DNA of 64,000 nt. It comes from Reclinomonas americana ATCC 50394. Its lineage: Eukaryota. How positions within the stretch are numbered: the first letter of the stretch is position 1; the number at the start of each line of letters is the position of its first letter. The translations under genes were made by a program, and so were the position numbers. The stretch spans positions 1-64,000 of the forward strand of contig PS015016.1 of NCBI GenBank assembly GCA_048213135.1. Direction: 5' to 3'. The notes below the pieces were generated by a model. That model was not told the origin of the DNA. It worked only from the letters and a program-made list of their open reading frames with translations, and ran no database searches. Positions 40,694 through 51,475 of the stretch are shown here, in pieces.

Positions 40694-43363
40694 ATGGCAT
40701 CGTTGGACGGGGCAGACTTTGATGTAGTGGTGCTGGGCACTGGACTGGTGGAGAGCGTGGTCGCTGGGTTCGTTCTCACACACGTGAGCTCTCACACACA
40801 CACGCACTCATGAGCTTACACAAACTCTGCTCCCTCATTCTCACACTTGCACACACAGCGCATGTGCACGCATTGGCAAGCAAGTGCTCCACCTGGACCG
40901 CACAGGCGCCTACGGAGCTGCGTGGGGATCACTGTGCTTCCAGGAGGTGCAGGAGTTTGTGCGCAACGGAGGCCAGTTGAGTGACACTGTTGGGGAGGGC
41001 GAGCGCGAGCGCGATGGACACGGTGCGCAGCTGCTGTTCTCGCAGTGTGGAGTGGTGCACTGCGATGAGGAGGACTTGCCGCGCTTGGAAGCAGTTGCGG
41101 TCTTCGTTCATTCATCCGCTTCTGGTGCTGCTTTCTCTCTCTAACTCGTTGGTGCGACGCACAGAGCAACCGCGGCTTCAACCTCGACTTGCCGGTGAAG
41201 CTCGTGCAGGCACGCACGGACCTCGTGGACGCCATGATCACGTCGGGCGTGTCGCGGTACATGGAGTTCTACGACCTGCGCAACTCGTACATGTTCCGAG
41301 GAGGGCGCTTTGTGCGAGTTGCGTGCCGAAGTGGTCGCTTGCCTCTCTACGTGTTCTCTCATGGGTGTGTGTTGGGGGGAACGATCAGGTGCCGAGCTCG
41401 CGTGGCGACGTGTTCCAGAGCAAGGACTTGGATCTGAAGCAGAAGCGCACGTTGATGAAGTTTATCAAGTCGTGTGTGGAAGACGAGGCTCTGGGTCAGC
41501 TGCCAGGTGCGCTGTTTCTGTGTGTGTGGAGTGGGCTGTGCGTCTGTCGTGCTCACTGCGCAAGACAGAGCACGAGAGTCTGGCTTTTGTGGACTTTTTG
41601 GAGCAGCAGGGTCTCGACGAGCAGTTGCGCGATTTCGTCTTGTACGCTATTGCGTCGCTGTACCACGGCCAGGATGATGGTATGTGCGCGCGCCCTGCTG
41701 CACTGCGTTTCGTGCAGCACATGCTGATTGTTATAAAAACGCACAGCATCGAGCCCCCATCGTTGCACACTGGCGGAGGGCGTGGAGCGGATACGCCGCT
41801 TCTCCACCTCGATTGGGCGTTTCTCCGAGTCGGCCTACATCTACCCGCTGTTTGGCATCAGTGAGATCAGCCAGGCGTTTTGCCGGTGAGCGCTTGTTGT
41901 GTTTCTTTTCTCCTGTGTGTGCATGCATGCTGACAGCAGTGCGTTGTGCAGCCTGTGTGCCGTGTTTGGTGGCATTTACGTTCTGCGGCGGTCGATTGTG
42001 CGATGCGAGGTGAATGCGGAGAATGTGGAGCATCCGCTGAGTGTCGCCATGACGGAGGGGGAGACGGTGCGCACGCGTCACTTGGTGGCGTCGCCAGAAT
42101 ACTTCCCCGAGAATGTCACCACCACCGAGTACGTGATACATGTGGTGTCGACTCGAGAGAATGCACACACACACTCACTCACTCCACCAAACAACAGGCA
42201 CCTCTCGCGCTGCATTGCCATTCTGTCGCATCCGCTCTTCCGACAGGAGCCACCTGCCGACGAGCACGTTAGCGAGACGGCACACTTGTCGATGAAGTAC
42301 CAGCTCGGATGCTTCTACGCGGTGCTGCCACCGCACACTTTTGGCAATGCGCACCCCATTCATGTGATTCAGGTGGACCACCACTTCAACACGGTGCCGA
42401 ATGGCTACTACGCCGTGCAGATGACGACTGTGAGCTCTGGCGACGCTCGTGCCGATCTCACTCCCGCGCTGGAGGCGCTGGTGGAGAATGCGCATGCGGA
42501 GTGGACTACGCACTATGCTGAGGAGCAGGCGGCCGCCGAGGCGGCTGCGGTTGCTGCGGCCGCTGATGCCGCCGAAGCCGCCGAGATTGCTGCTGCTGTT
42601 GCGGCTGCGGAGGCTGCAGAGGCTGCAGAGGAGGCTGCTGCCGCTGCGGCTGCTGCGGGCAGTGAAGAAGAGGGAGCGTCCAGTGATACTGCTGCTGTGG
42701 CCGCTGAATCCACAGTGGTGGCACAGGCGGTGGTCGCCGACGCCTTGTCGGCGGTGGAGGCGGCAGTAGCCTCGCCTGTAGCCGCGCCAGCAGAGCCAGT
42801 GCCGGCACCGATGCCCAAGGGTCCGCACATCATGTGGTCGGCGGTGTTCCAGCAGGCGATTCGAAAGGTTTTCTGTCGTGTTGCAGTCGTCCTCTTGTCA
42901 ACGTGTCGCTCAATCACTGTGGTTGATCGGTACAGGTGGATCCAACCGTGGAGCGCCATGCCAACATGCACATTACGGCGTCGCCGCAGGCCACACTCGA
43001 CTGCGACGATGTGATGCCACTCGCTCGTGCCATCTTTGACCGCATGTTCCCGGGCGAGGAGTTCTTGCCTCGTGTTCCCAACCCCGAGGACGAGGTGTGT
43101 GTCGCGTGCTTTGCCTCTCTTCATCCGTACTCCTTCTCACACCTTTACAGTGGGAGGCCGTGCCCGATGAGGAAGAGGAGCCGACGGCCGGCGAGGGCTC
43201 GGGTGTGGTGTCTGCCGAGCCGGTGGAGGGAGCAGCGGGCAGCACTGCGCCATCACAGCCCGACGATGCGGTTCCCGAGTCCGGGGCGGCGGCCGCGGAA
43301 CCGATTCCGACTGCTGAGCCGGTCGCCGATGCCGAGACACCGGTGGAGGCCACGGCTCCCTAA
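40694..43363 (+). CDS. Rab escort protein (REP/CHM/Mrs6; GDI superfamily)
   Basis: [95 protein letters not shown] and FPGEEFLPRVPNPED. Confidence 0.9.
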
Positions 43364-43542
43364 TTGCACTTGTGCCGTCCGCGAGAGAGAGAGAATAGTG
43401 TATAGATTCGACATTGGTTCTGTTTGCACATGTGCGCACACACATACATACGCGTCTGCATTTCGCTCAAAACAAATCATTCCTCTAAAACAAAACAAAC
43501 ACGCACGCACAAGAGCACACACACAAACACAAAGAGAGAGAG

Positions 43543-46033
43543 TTACACAAACTCCTCAATATCAATCTCGACCACCGACACTGGAGTCTCGATGCCAAAG
43601 TTCTTGAGGACCAGCGGGTGTACCACACCGACGTAGCCAATGGGGCGGCCATGATACAGCACGTGCGCCTGCTGACCAGGGAACAGGAACGGCTCTGTGT
43701 GCCGACAAGAACATGTGAGCGATAATTGACGAAATCACTCGAGCAAGTGCAGATTACGCCCGAACCAGCGGATTCTGCGAGACGGAAGCCATCGTCAGTG
43801 TGTGGCTCCCATTCCACACTCAACACTTGCATTGTGCGATCCAGCAAGCCGTGCACCGTCTGCGTATACACACACACACACGCAAAGCTGTCAGCTCATG
43901 AAACGCAACGATCATGAACAAACATATACACACCTCAAAGCTCGACGCCTTGGAGACGTAGGCTGCGGCGAGCTTGCGCACGTTGCGTGCGCCAACGTCA
44001 GCCGCCGCATCCTTGACCACGGCGTCCGACAGCTCGAAGAAGTGCAGCGGCAGCGGCTCGGTGCGGTTGTGTGCAATTGTTCTCAACAGCCCCGACAGCA
44101 GCGTCGTCCGCACAGTCTGGAACTCGGTGTTCTTCGGGTTGGCCACGGTAATGGCGAGTCCATCGTCTGGCCGCAGAAGCATCTCGTACAATTCGTCACG
44201 CGAGCACTGAGAGAGCACGCAGTGGCGGGGGCGGTGGCGGTGAGTGGCAAGAGAGAGAGAGGAAACGAGGGGGAGAACGAGTGGGACTCACCAATGCCAG
44301 CGTGAGTACTTCGGTGTAGCCTGCAAAGCCCATTTCTAGCCGCAGCAGGTCGCTGAGCTTGTTGAGTGGTTGTGGCTTGCCGGTGGTGGTGGTCTTGGGG
44401 TATGTGCGAGGCACGCGGTTGTAGCCGTACGCAATGCAAATGTCCTCCACCACGTCACATGCGTGCAACACATCGGGCCGTGTCGGTGGTGCCGACGTCC
44501 GAATGTACGTCGCATCGTCCGGGTCGACCTCCGACGGCAGCTGCATCCGTTGCAACAGCGCGCAGCACTCGGCCGCCGTGATGTCCGACACACCAATTGT
44601 GCGATGCACGTCTGCCAGGGCCACACGGAAGTGGCTCCACGAGAGGTCCGGATAGGAGCACGAACGGCCGTCGGGGTACACCACGGAGACGGGTTCAATG
44701 CTGCGCATGGGGGATCGATGGTGAGAAGGGAGAATGGGGAATAGAAGAAGAGGGGAGAGAGGCAAGAGGCGAACGCACTGGAACTTGTTGGCGCAATAGC
44801 ACGAGAAGCCGGCCACGATCATGTTGAGCGTGATAATGGCCTTGGTGAGATCGGTGGCGGTGGCCTCGATGAGCACGTTGCGAGTGCGCAGAGCGATGCG
44901 CGAGTGGTTGCCGTTGATGATCGGCGGCATGGAGAGGACCACACGATTGGCGTCGTAGATCACCGGGTACACTGGCGAGTCGCGGATAATGGGCAGGAAC
45001 TGTCGCAGCTTCAGATCCGACTCGTACATGACCATCATCTCGGCGGCTGCACGCATCGCAAGCGTCAGGAGAGGCACCCAGAAGGTGAGTAAAGTACGCA
45101 TGCCGCACCATTCATCTCCACAGTCTTGTTGAGCGGCACGAAGCGAATCTGGTCCGGCGGCAGCGCCTCGTACGTGAACGGTGCCTGGATGGTGTCCAAA
45201 TCGTGCGTGCCAATGGCCACGAGTGTGCGCCGGCGGCACAGGTTCTGATGCAGCTTGTCCTGGAACTCAATGAAGCGATTGTAGTTCTTCTCGTCAAAGG
45301 TCACATCCCGCAGCACGGCGCTGACAATGTGCGGACGGATGCGAGCCGTATCCGGGTGCACCGTGATCACAATCGGCTCTGCAGGCAGACACACACACGC
45401 ATGTCAGGCCTCTCACTTGTCGACGAATGAATGCACAACAAGCAGACCTCCACGAGGCGGATCAATCGTCAGCGCCGGCGGTGCACCGCGTCCTCGGAAC
45501 ACGCGCAACGCTGCTGCCAGACCCTCCAAGCACCTGCACATCATCACTCATCAGCTGTGCACACACACACACACCTCTCCTGGCACGCAACAGCAAGTCG
45601 TAGCGATTGGCCGGCACCTCAATCTTGTAAATGATCTCGTTGGAGGTCTCCGAGACACCGACCAGTGTGCTCGGGTCGCCCTCCACTCCGCGCTCCTTGC
45701 GCAACATGGTGGCCTCCGTGGTCTTTTGTCACAAGGAAATGTGAGTTGCTCAAGTACCTCCCCAATGTGCTCCCTTTCCTTACATCTCCCACGCACCACA
45801 TCGTCCAGCTCAATGCCGAACTCGAAGCACAGATCCTCGAACTGAGAGTCAGCTGTGTGCGCGAGACAGAGAAAGACAGGAACGAGTGTGCAAGTGTGAG
45901 TTGAGCATGACATGTCACTTCTCTCTCACACGCACGCACACACACTCTCGCGTGGCACGGGATGCATCACTCAACTGAACTCCTCGCCGAGAGCGGCCAT
46001 GAGGTCGGCCTTGGGAATGGCAACTACTGGCAT
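43543..46033 (-). CDS. FARSB: Phenylalanyl-tRNA synthetase beta subunit (cytosolic)
   Basis: [96 protein letters not shown] and GVVHPLVL. Confidence 0.96.
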
Positions 46034-46305
46034 GGTGGTGTGTGCGTGTGCGTGACAATCCGTCAGTGGTGTGGTCTGTCCCACAATCGAGTGATGCGTG
46101 ACATGGTGACAAGTCGAGTGGACGTCGTGCGGCTGCGCTTTTTTCTTATAAAAAGGTCTGGCCCACGCGAGTGTGGTCTCCGGGCTGCGCCCCGGTGATG
46201 GAATGGCCCATCAAGACATTCCTCCAGAAGTATTTGTCTGCATTTGCTGGGGAGGCGCATACCTCGCTTCCCCCCACCTTACACAACGAGAAAAACGAAG
46301 GAAGA

Positions 46306-48270
46306 TTACAGCTTGCAGTTGCCGTACGATCGCGGGAACGGGATGGCGTCGCGAATGTTGTCGAGGCCGCACACGAATTGCACGAGACGATCGAAACCCA
46401 TGCCCTGCAACAGCGAATGAGAGGGAGGAGAAGGGGAGGAAGCAGAGCAACGTTCAAGTGCCCACCATGCCGCCGTGCGGAACCGATCCGTACTGCCGGA
46501 GCTGCTTGTACCAGCTGAGCTCGGCGGCCGCACTCGAATTCTTTTCCAAAAGAATTGTGAGCGCACGGCGTGAATCGAGCGCGCAAGGCTGCCACGCAAC
46601 ACGCACCCCGATATGTTGCTCCAGCGCGTCGAGTCGCCACTCTCTCATACTTCCACCACACAGTTCGCCGACGCGCGGCATCAGCAAGTCGAAACAGGCC
46701 ACGGTTTCACTTGGAGCATCTGTGCTGGGATTCGTCTCCATGTAAAAGGGTTTCAGCGAGCGTGGATAGTCGTAGACGACCACCTGCTCGACAATATACA
46801 GCGTGAGTGAGTGCGGCACTCGCCGAGACTGCACTCAGCGCAGCGACGCACCGGTTGTCCGTCAAACACCACCTCGCACAGGTACCGTTCGTGTTCGCTC
46901 TTCAGGTCGTCGCCCCACTTCTCTAGTCGATTCTTCACCTTTTGTGGCGGCGCCTGTTGCACCATGGCCACCGCATCTGTGTACGAGATGCGTGGAAACC
47001 CCTGGTGACGGCTCACGGCCTCCAGCTGCTGTCGCAAGCCTGGCTGCATTCGCGCATCGAAAAACGAGACCTCGGCATCGCACTGCGTATTTTCAGCGAC
47101 TGTGTAAGCACGGCCTCCACACACGCACACATCGTCCACTGAGCGACGCAACTTGTTGTAGCGCTGCGGCCACGCACGACTTGACGCACTGCTCGGTCAT
47201 GCTGATCAGTTCCGGCAGCGTGATGAACGCGATCTCGGGCTCCACCATCCAGAATTCGGCCAGATGGCGCGGCGTGTCGGAGGGATCGGCACGGAAACAC
47301 GGTCCAAACGTGTAAATCCGCGACAAGCCACACGCCACCGCCTCACCCTGCGTGTGTGCGTGGTTCAGTGCCAGATCACCAGCACACGATTCGAGGAAGC
47401 GCAACGCACATGCAGCTGGCCCGACACCGTCAAGTACACCTTGTGTCGGAAGAAACGCTCTGCTTCCGGCAGCTTCTCGTCGCCTTCGGTCTTCACCACA
47501 AACGTCTCACCGGCACCTTCGCAATCGTTGGCCGTCAACAGTGGCGTGTGCACATACAAGCACTGCTGTTGTTGGAAGAACGAATGCACAGCCATCGCCA
47601 GAGCATTCCGCACACGCGCCACCGCCCCAAACGTGTTGGAGCGCACTCTCAAGTGCAGCAACTCGCGCAAGTGCTCCAACGTGTGGAACTTTTTCTGCAG
47701 CGGATACGACTGCGCCGACGAGTGTGAGAGCAGCACAAGGAAAAAAGAGTCGATCGCGAGGCCGTCGCACACCTGCTCACACTCGCCGAGCACCTGCACC
47801 TGCGACGCCGACAGCTCCACCTGTTGCGTCTTTGGGTTGCGCACGAGCTGGCCCTGCACGTCCACCGAGCAGCCAGTTTGCAACGACGGGGGCCACGCCT
47901 GTGTAGAGATGACTTGCAGGTTGGCCTGGGTGGAGCCGTCGCTCAACTCCAGGAACGACATGGTCTTCATCTGTCGAGCTGTCCTGACCCATCTGTCTCT
48001 CGTGTGAGTGAATGCATCGCACCCGCCCACACACACACACACACACACACACAGAGGCACGTACCCACTGACACGTGTCTCTGTGGACGAGAGCGAGTCT
48101 GCACGCGAGGCCAGCACATCCACGATTCTACACACACACACAATGAGCAAGTCGATGCATGCATGCATGCTCACTCTCTCATTCTCTCTCACACACACAG
48201 ACCGCATTCGTGTTGGCTGGGCACTGGCAGTGCTCAGCAATCGCCTGGCGGTGAGCCCGAGCAGATGCAT
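46306..48270 (-). CDS. NARS2: Asparaginyl-tRNA synthetase, bacterial-type, with mitochondrial presequence
   Basis: [13 protein letters not shown] presequence; [33 protein letters not shown]...[47 protein letters not shown] and RDAIPFPR. Confidence 0.93.
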
Positions 48271-49005
48271 CCGCTCACAAGTCGACGATGAAGAAAGTTT
48301 ACATCGATAACAAAAGGGGGGTGGGGACAACGAAAGCATTATTTCTTTTGGGACCGGCATTTTTTCTTTTGGCCTGGCATTATAACTTTCCGGCCCCTGC
48401 TGCCCAAACGACCCCAACGCTCGTCCGCTTGCGTCTACCACCAGCGCAGCCTTCGCGACACTTGAAATTTCACATCGTCGAAGCCGTACAATAGTCGAGC
48501 TCCACGCGCGCGCGCCCCCCTCTCTATGTAAAAAGACTAGCACTTCTATGCGCGCGCCGCTATTTTTTCTCCCCAGAATAGGGCTCCGGTGAATTGAAGT
48601 TCCGTCGACCGATATCAGACAGATTGACTTGTGAACTTCGACGCTTTGTTTCTCCCCAAAGCCAACTTGTCGACTGTCCTCGGACAGCGGGCGCTTGTAG
48701 AACCTGGTCACCTACGTAGCTGCTGCGTCAGGTCCCCCAACACGTTCATACTAGGCACAAAAAGGCAGCCGCTTCGAATTTGAACCACGTTTCCGGCCGT
48801 TTCTAGGCACTTTACAGCGAGGCATTAATTGTTTTTCTCGACCAGCATAATTTCTTTTTGCTTTGGAATGCCGGGCATTATTTCTTTTAAAGTATTAATA
48901 CTTCGACCTACAAAAGGCGCGTACAGCATCGATGGTTTGCGTTTCTATGTCATTTGTTTGCATTACTTTTCCTTTGCACCCTCCCCCACCTCTTCCTTCC
49001 CCTCA

Positions 49006-50425
49006 CTACGGCCGCAGGGCAGAGTAGTATGCGGATCCGGGTTGCCGCAGTGACTGCCACCAGACGTGACCGAGTCGTCCGTAGAGGNNNNNNNNNNNNN
49101 NNNNNNNNNNNNNNNNNNNNNNNNNNNNNNNNNNNNNNNNNNNNNNNNNNNNNNNNNATAGATAATGTTGGCCGGGTGACCCTCCACATACGCTGCAAGT
49201 GTGGCGAGTGAGACACAGCCTGCTCTCTCTCTTGCCATCCCTCTCTTCTTTCTCTTCCCACACTCACCAATGTCGGGCGGCAGCTCCGCGCGCAGCGCAT
49301 TCCACTGCCACGACAGGTCGAGAATCGGATACGTGTACCACAACCACGGCTGCATGCCGGCAAGCGGCACAAAGTTGAGGAGGCGCGGTCGTGCGCAGTC
49401 CATGTCCCACTTGAAGCGCGGATAGAACAGCCAGTGCTCCACGTTGAAGTAGAGCGGCAAGCGATAGAGGTCGCTGTCGGCCGGGTGGCCCTCCTCGTTG
49501 GAGAGACCGACACGGCGCATGCGATCCTCCAGCTGCGCCAGCGACTGCGTTGGCGGCAAATCACGAATGGAGAAGTTCTCGGGAGAGCGCGGCACACTGC
49601 CAGCACCCTCGAACAGTGGCGCCTCCGGCATGCCCACAAAGTACTGATTGAGGAAGCGCCCGGGATCGTCGCTGGCACCCGAGTACGTGCGCAAGTGCGC
49701 ATCCATGTCACGATACAGGCCCTCGTCCGGCTGCAGCACCATCACCGCCGGGTGGAAGCTGCACGGCTGCGTCATCACCGCACACAGTCGACCCGGGCAC
49801 GCAAACACATCGTCGATCGCGCCAAACGCCATAATGCCCGGCGCCAAGTACAACACTCGTCGGTACTCGGCCAGCCGCCACAGCATAAGCACGCGCGAGA
49901 TGCGCTGGTACATGGGCGGGAAGTCGTCGGGGGTAGACGAGGCGCCTGCAGCAGAGGCCGCCACTGCAGCGGCCTCAGAGGCGGCCGCACTTGCCGCCGC
50001 CGCCTCGTCGACATCCTCAATGTCAATCAGTCGTGCATTGAAGGTGCTCGAGAGCAGCAGACCGCGCACTCGCAGCGACACGTGGCGAGTGACCAGTGCA
50101 GTGACCTCGCGTCGCGTGCCCGAGCGCAGCACCGAGTGCAGTGTCACAAACGCCGCCAACTGCATGCACGCGCGTGTGTGACACGTGTGTGTCTGTGTAA
50201 TGAGAAGAGCGACGAGGGGGGCGCAACTGCTTCGTCGTCTGAGCTGATCAGTGTGACAATGGCCTCCTCGCCTGCGCGTGCACGCGGGGTGGTGACAGGC
50301 GAGGAGGAGGAGGTCTGTGTTGACGAGGGCGGCTGTGATGTCGAGGAGGCGGCATTCACTGCAGCCACGATGCACACCAGCAGGAGTGCTGCGGTGACAC
50401 CCGCCGCAAGCCTCCTTGCGCGCAT
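49006..50425 (-). CDS. Glycosyltransferase family 8 protein, PGSIP7/8-like (3' end uncertain, N-gap)
   Basis: Signal anchor, LWRLAEYRRVLYL, IDDVFACPGRLCAVMTQPCSFHPAVMVLQP, RFLNQYF, RLPLYFN and QPWLWYTYPILDLSWQW resemble plant PGSIP7/8 blocks. Confidence 0.72.
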
Positions 50426-50521
50426 GGGTGTGTGTGTGCGTGTGTGTGGTGTAGTGGAAGAACGAAAATGCATAGCANNNNNNNNNNNNNNNNNNNNACG
50501 GCCGACGACGAGAACGACGAC

Positions 50522-51365
50522 ATGGGAATGTCCGCAGGTGCTGTTCGCGGAACTTGCCAGCAGTACCGTGTACATTGGTTTCATCGTTAACATTGCGTGC
50601 GCAGACGCCATGCAAGCAATCTCCACACCCGGCCAGGCATTGTATGCGCCACGGAGTAGTGTCGCTGCAGCCTCGGCTGCTGCCGGCGCCGCCCCGGCAT
50701 CGGCTGTCCCCTATTCTGCCGCCGCCGCCGGCGGCATGTCGTCATCGACGACCACAACAACAACAACCACGCCGGGTTACCTTGGCGCACCCCCATCGGC
50801 GCCACCACGACCTGGGCGCGCTGATCACCCAGCGTCGCGTCTGTTGACGTCGACCACGGCGAGAATGGCGGAGACCGCCACTGACGATTACGATGATGCG
50901 GGATTGGACGGAGAGCCAGGCGGACCGGGAAGCGCCTCACTGCAAGTGCGGCGACAGGAGTTTGATCGAACCGTGTTTATGACGGCGCAGGCGCTGGAGG
51001 AGGAGCGGTTGCGCGAGCTGCAGGCGCTGGAGGCCGATATTGAGGATCTGGCCGAGCTGTTTGAGGTGCGTTCGAGTCATGCGCTACCTCGCGCGCCATC
51101 GTTTTACAGTGCACTCACTCGTGGTGCGCGCTGCCAGGATTTCAATGCGGAAGTGTACGCACAAGCCAAGGACATTGAGACGCTGTCGGATAACATCCAA
51201 CGCGTGGACGACTACACAAACCAGGGCTTCCAGGCCGTGCTGCAAGTTTCGTGCGATTGTGGGTCCTCCTTCTTTCCACCCCCTCGCGTGTCTTACCCCT
51301 CGTCTGTGCAGGCTCGAAAGCATCAGATTTCGGCACGCAAAAAGATGATGTGCTCGGTGATGTAG
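50522..51365 (+). CDS. Syntaxin-like (Qa) t-SNARE domain protein ending in a CaaX motif
   Basis: EEERLRELQALEADIEDLAELFE|DFNAEVYAQAKDIETLSDNIQRVDDYTNQG (zero-layer Q), C-terminus ARKKMMCSVM*. Start is 50522 or 50610. Confidence 0.8.
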
Positions 51366-51475
51366 TAGTTGTGGCGTAATGAACTTTGATTGGCTGTTTT
51401 TTTTGTGATTGCCTGCATGCCATCATCGTTCATCAACAAGAGGCGGTTCATTATTGCAAAAAAACAAAAACACTA

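Noticed and set aside
43543-48270. Adjacent FARSB and NARS2 as a functional translation cluster
   Set aside because: One is cytosolic and one mitochondrial; adjacency in a gene-dense region is unremarkable without synteny evidence.
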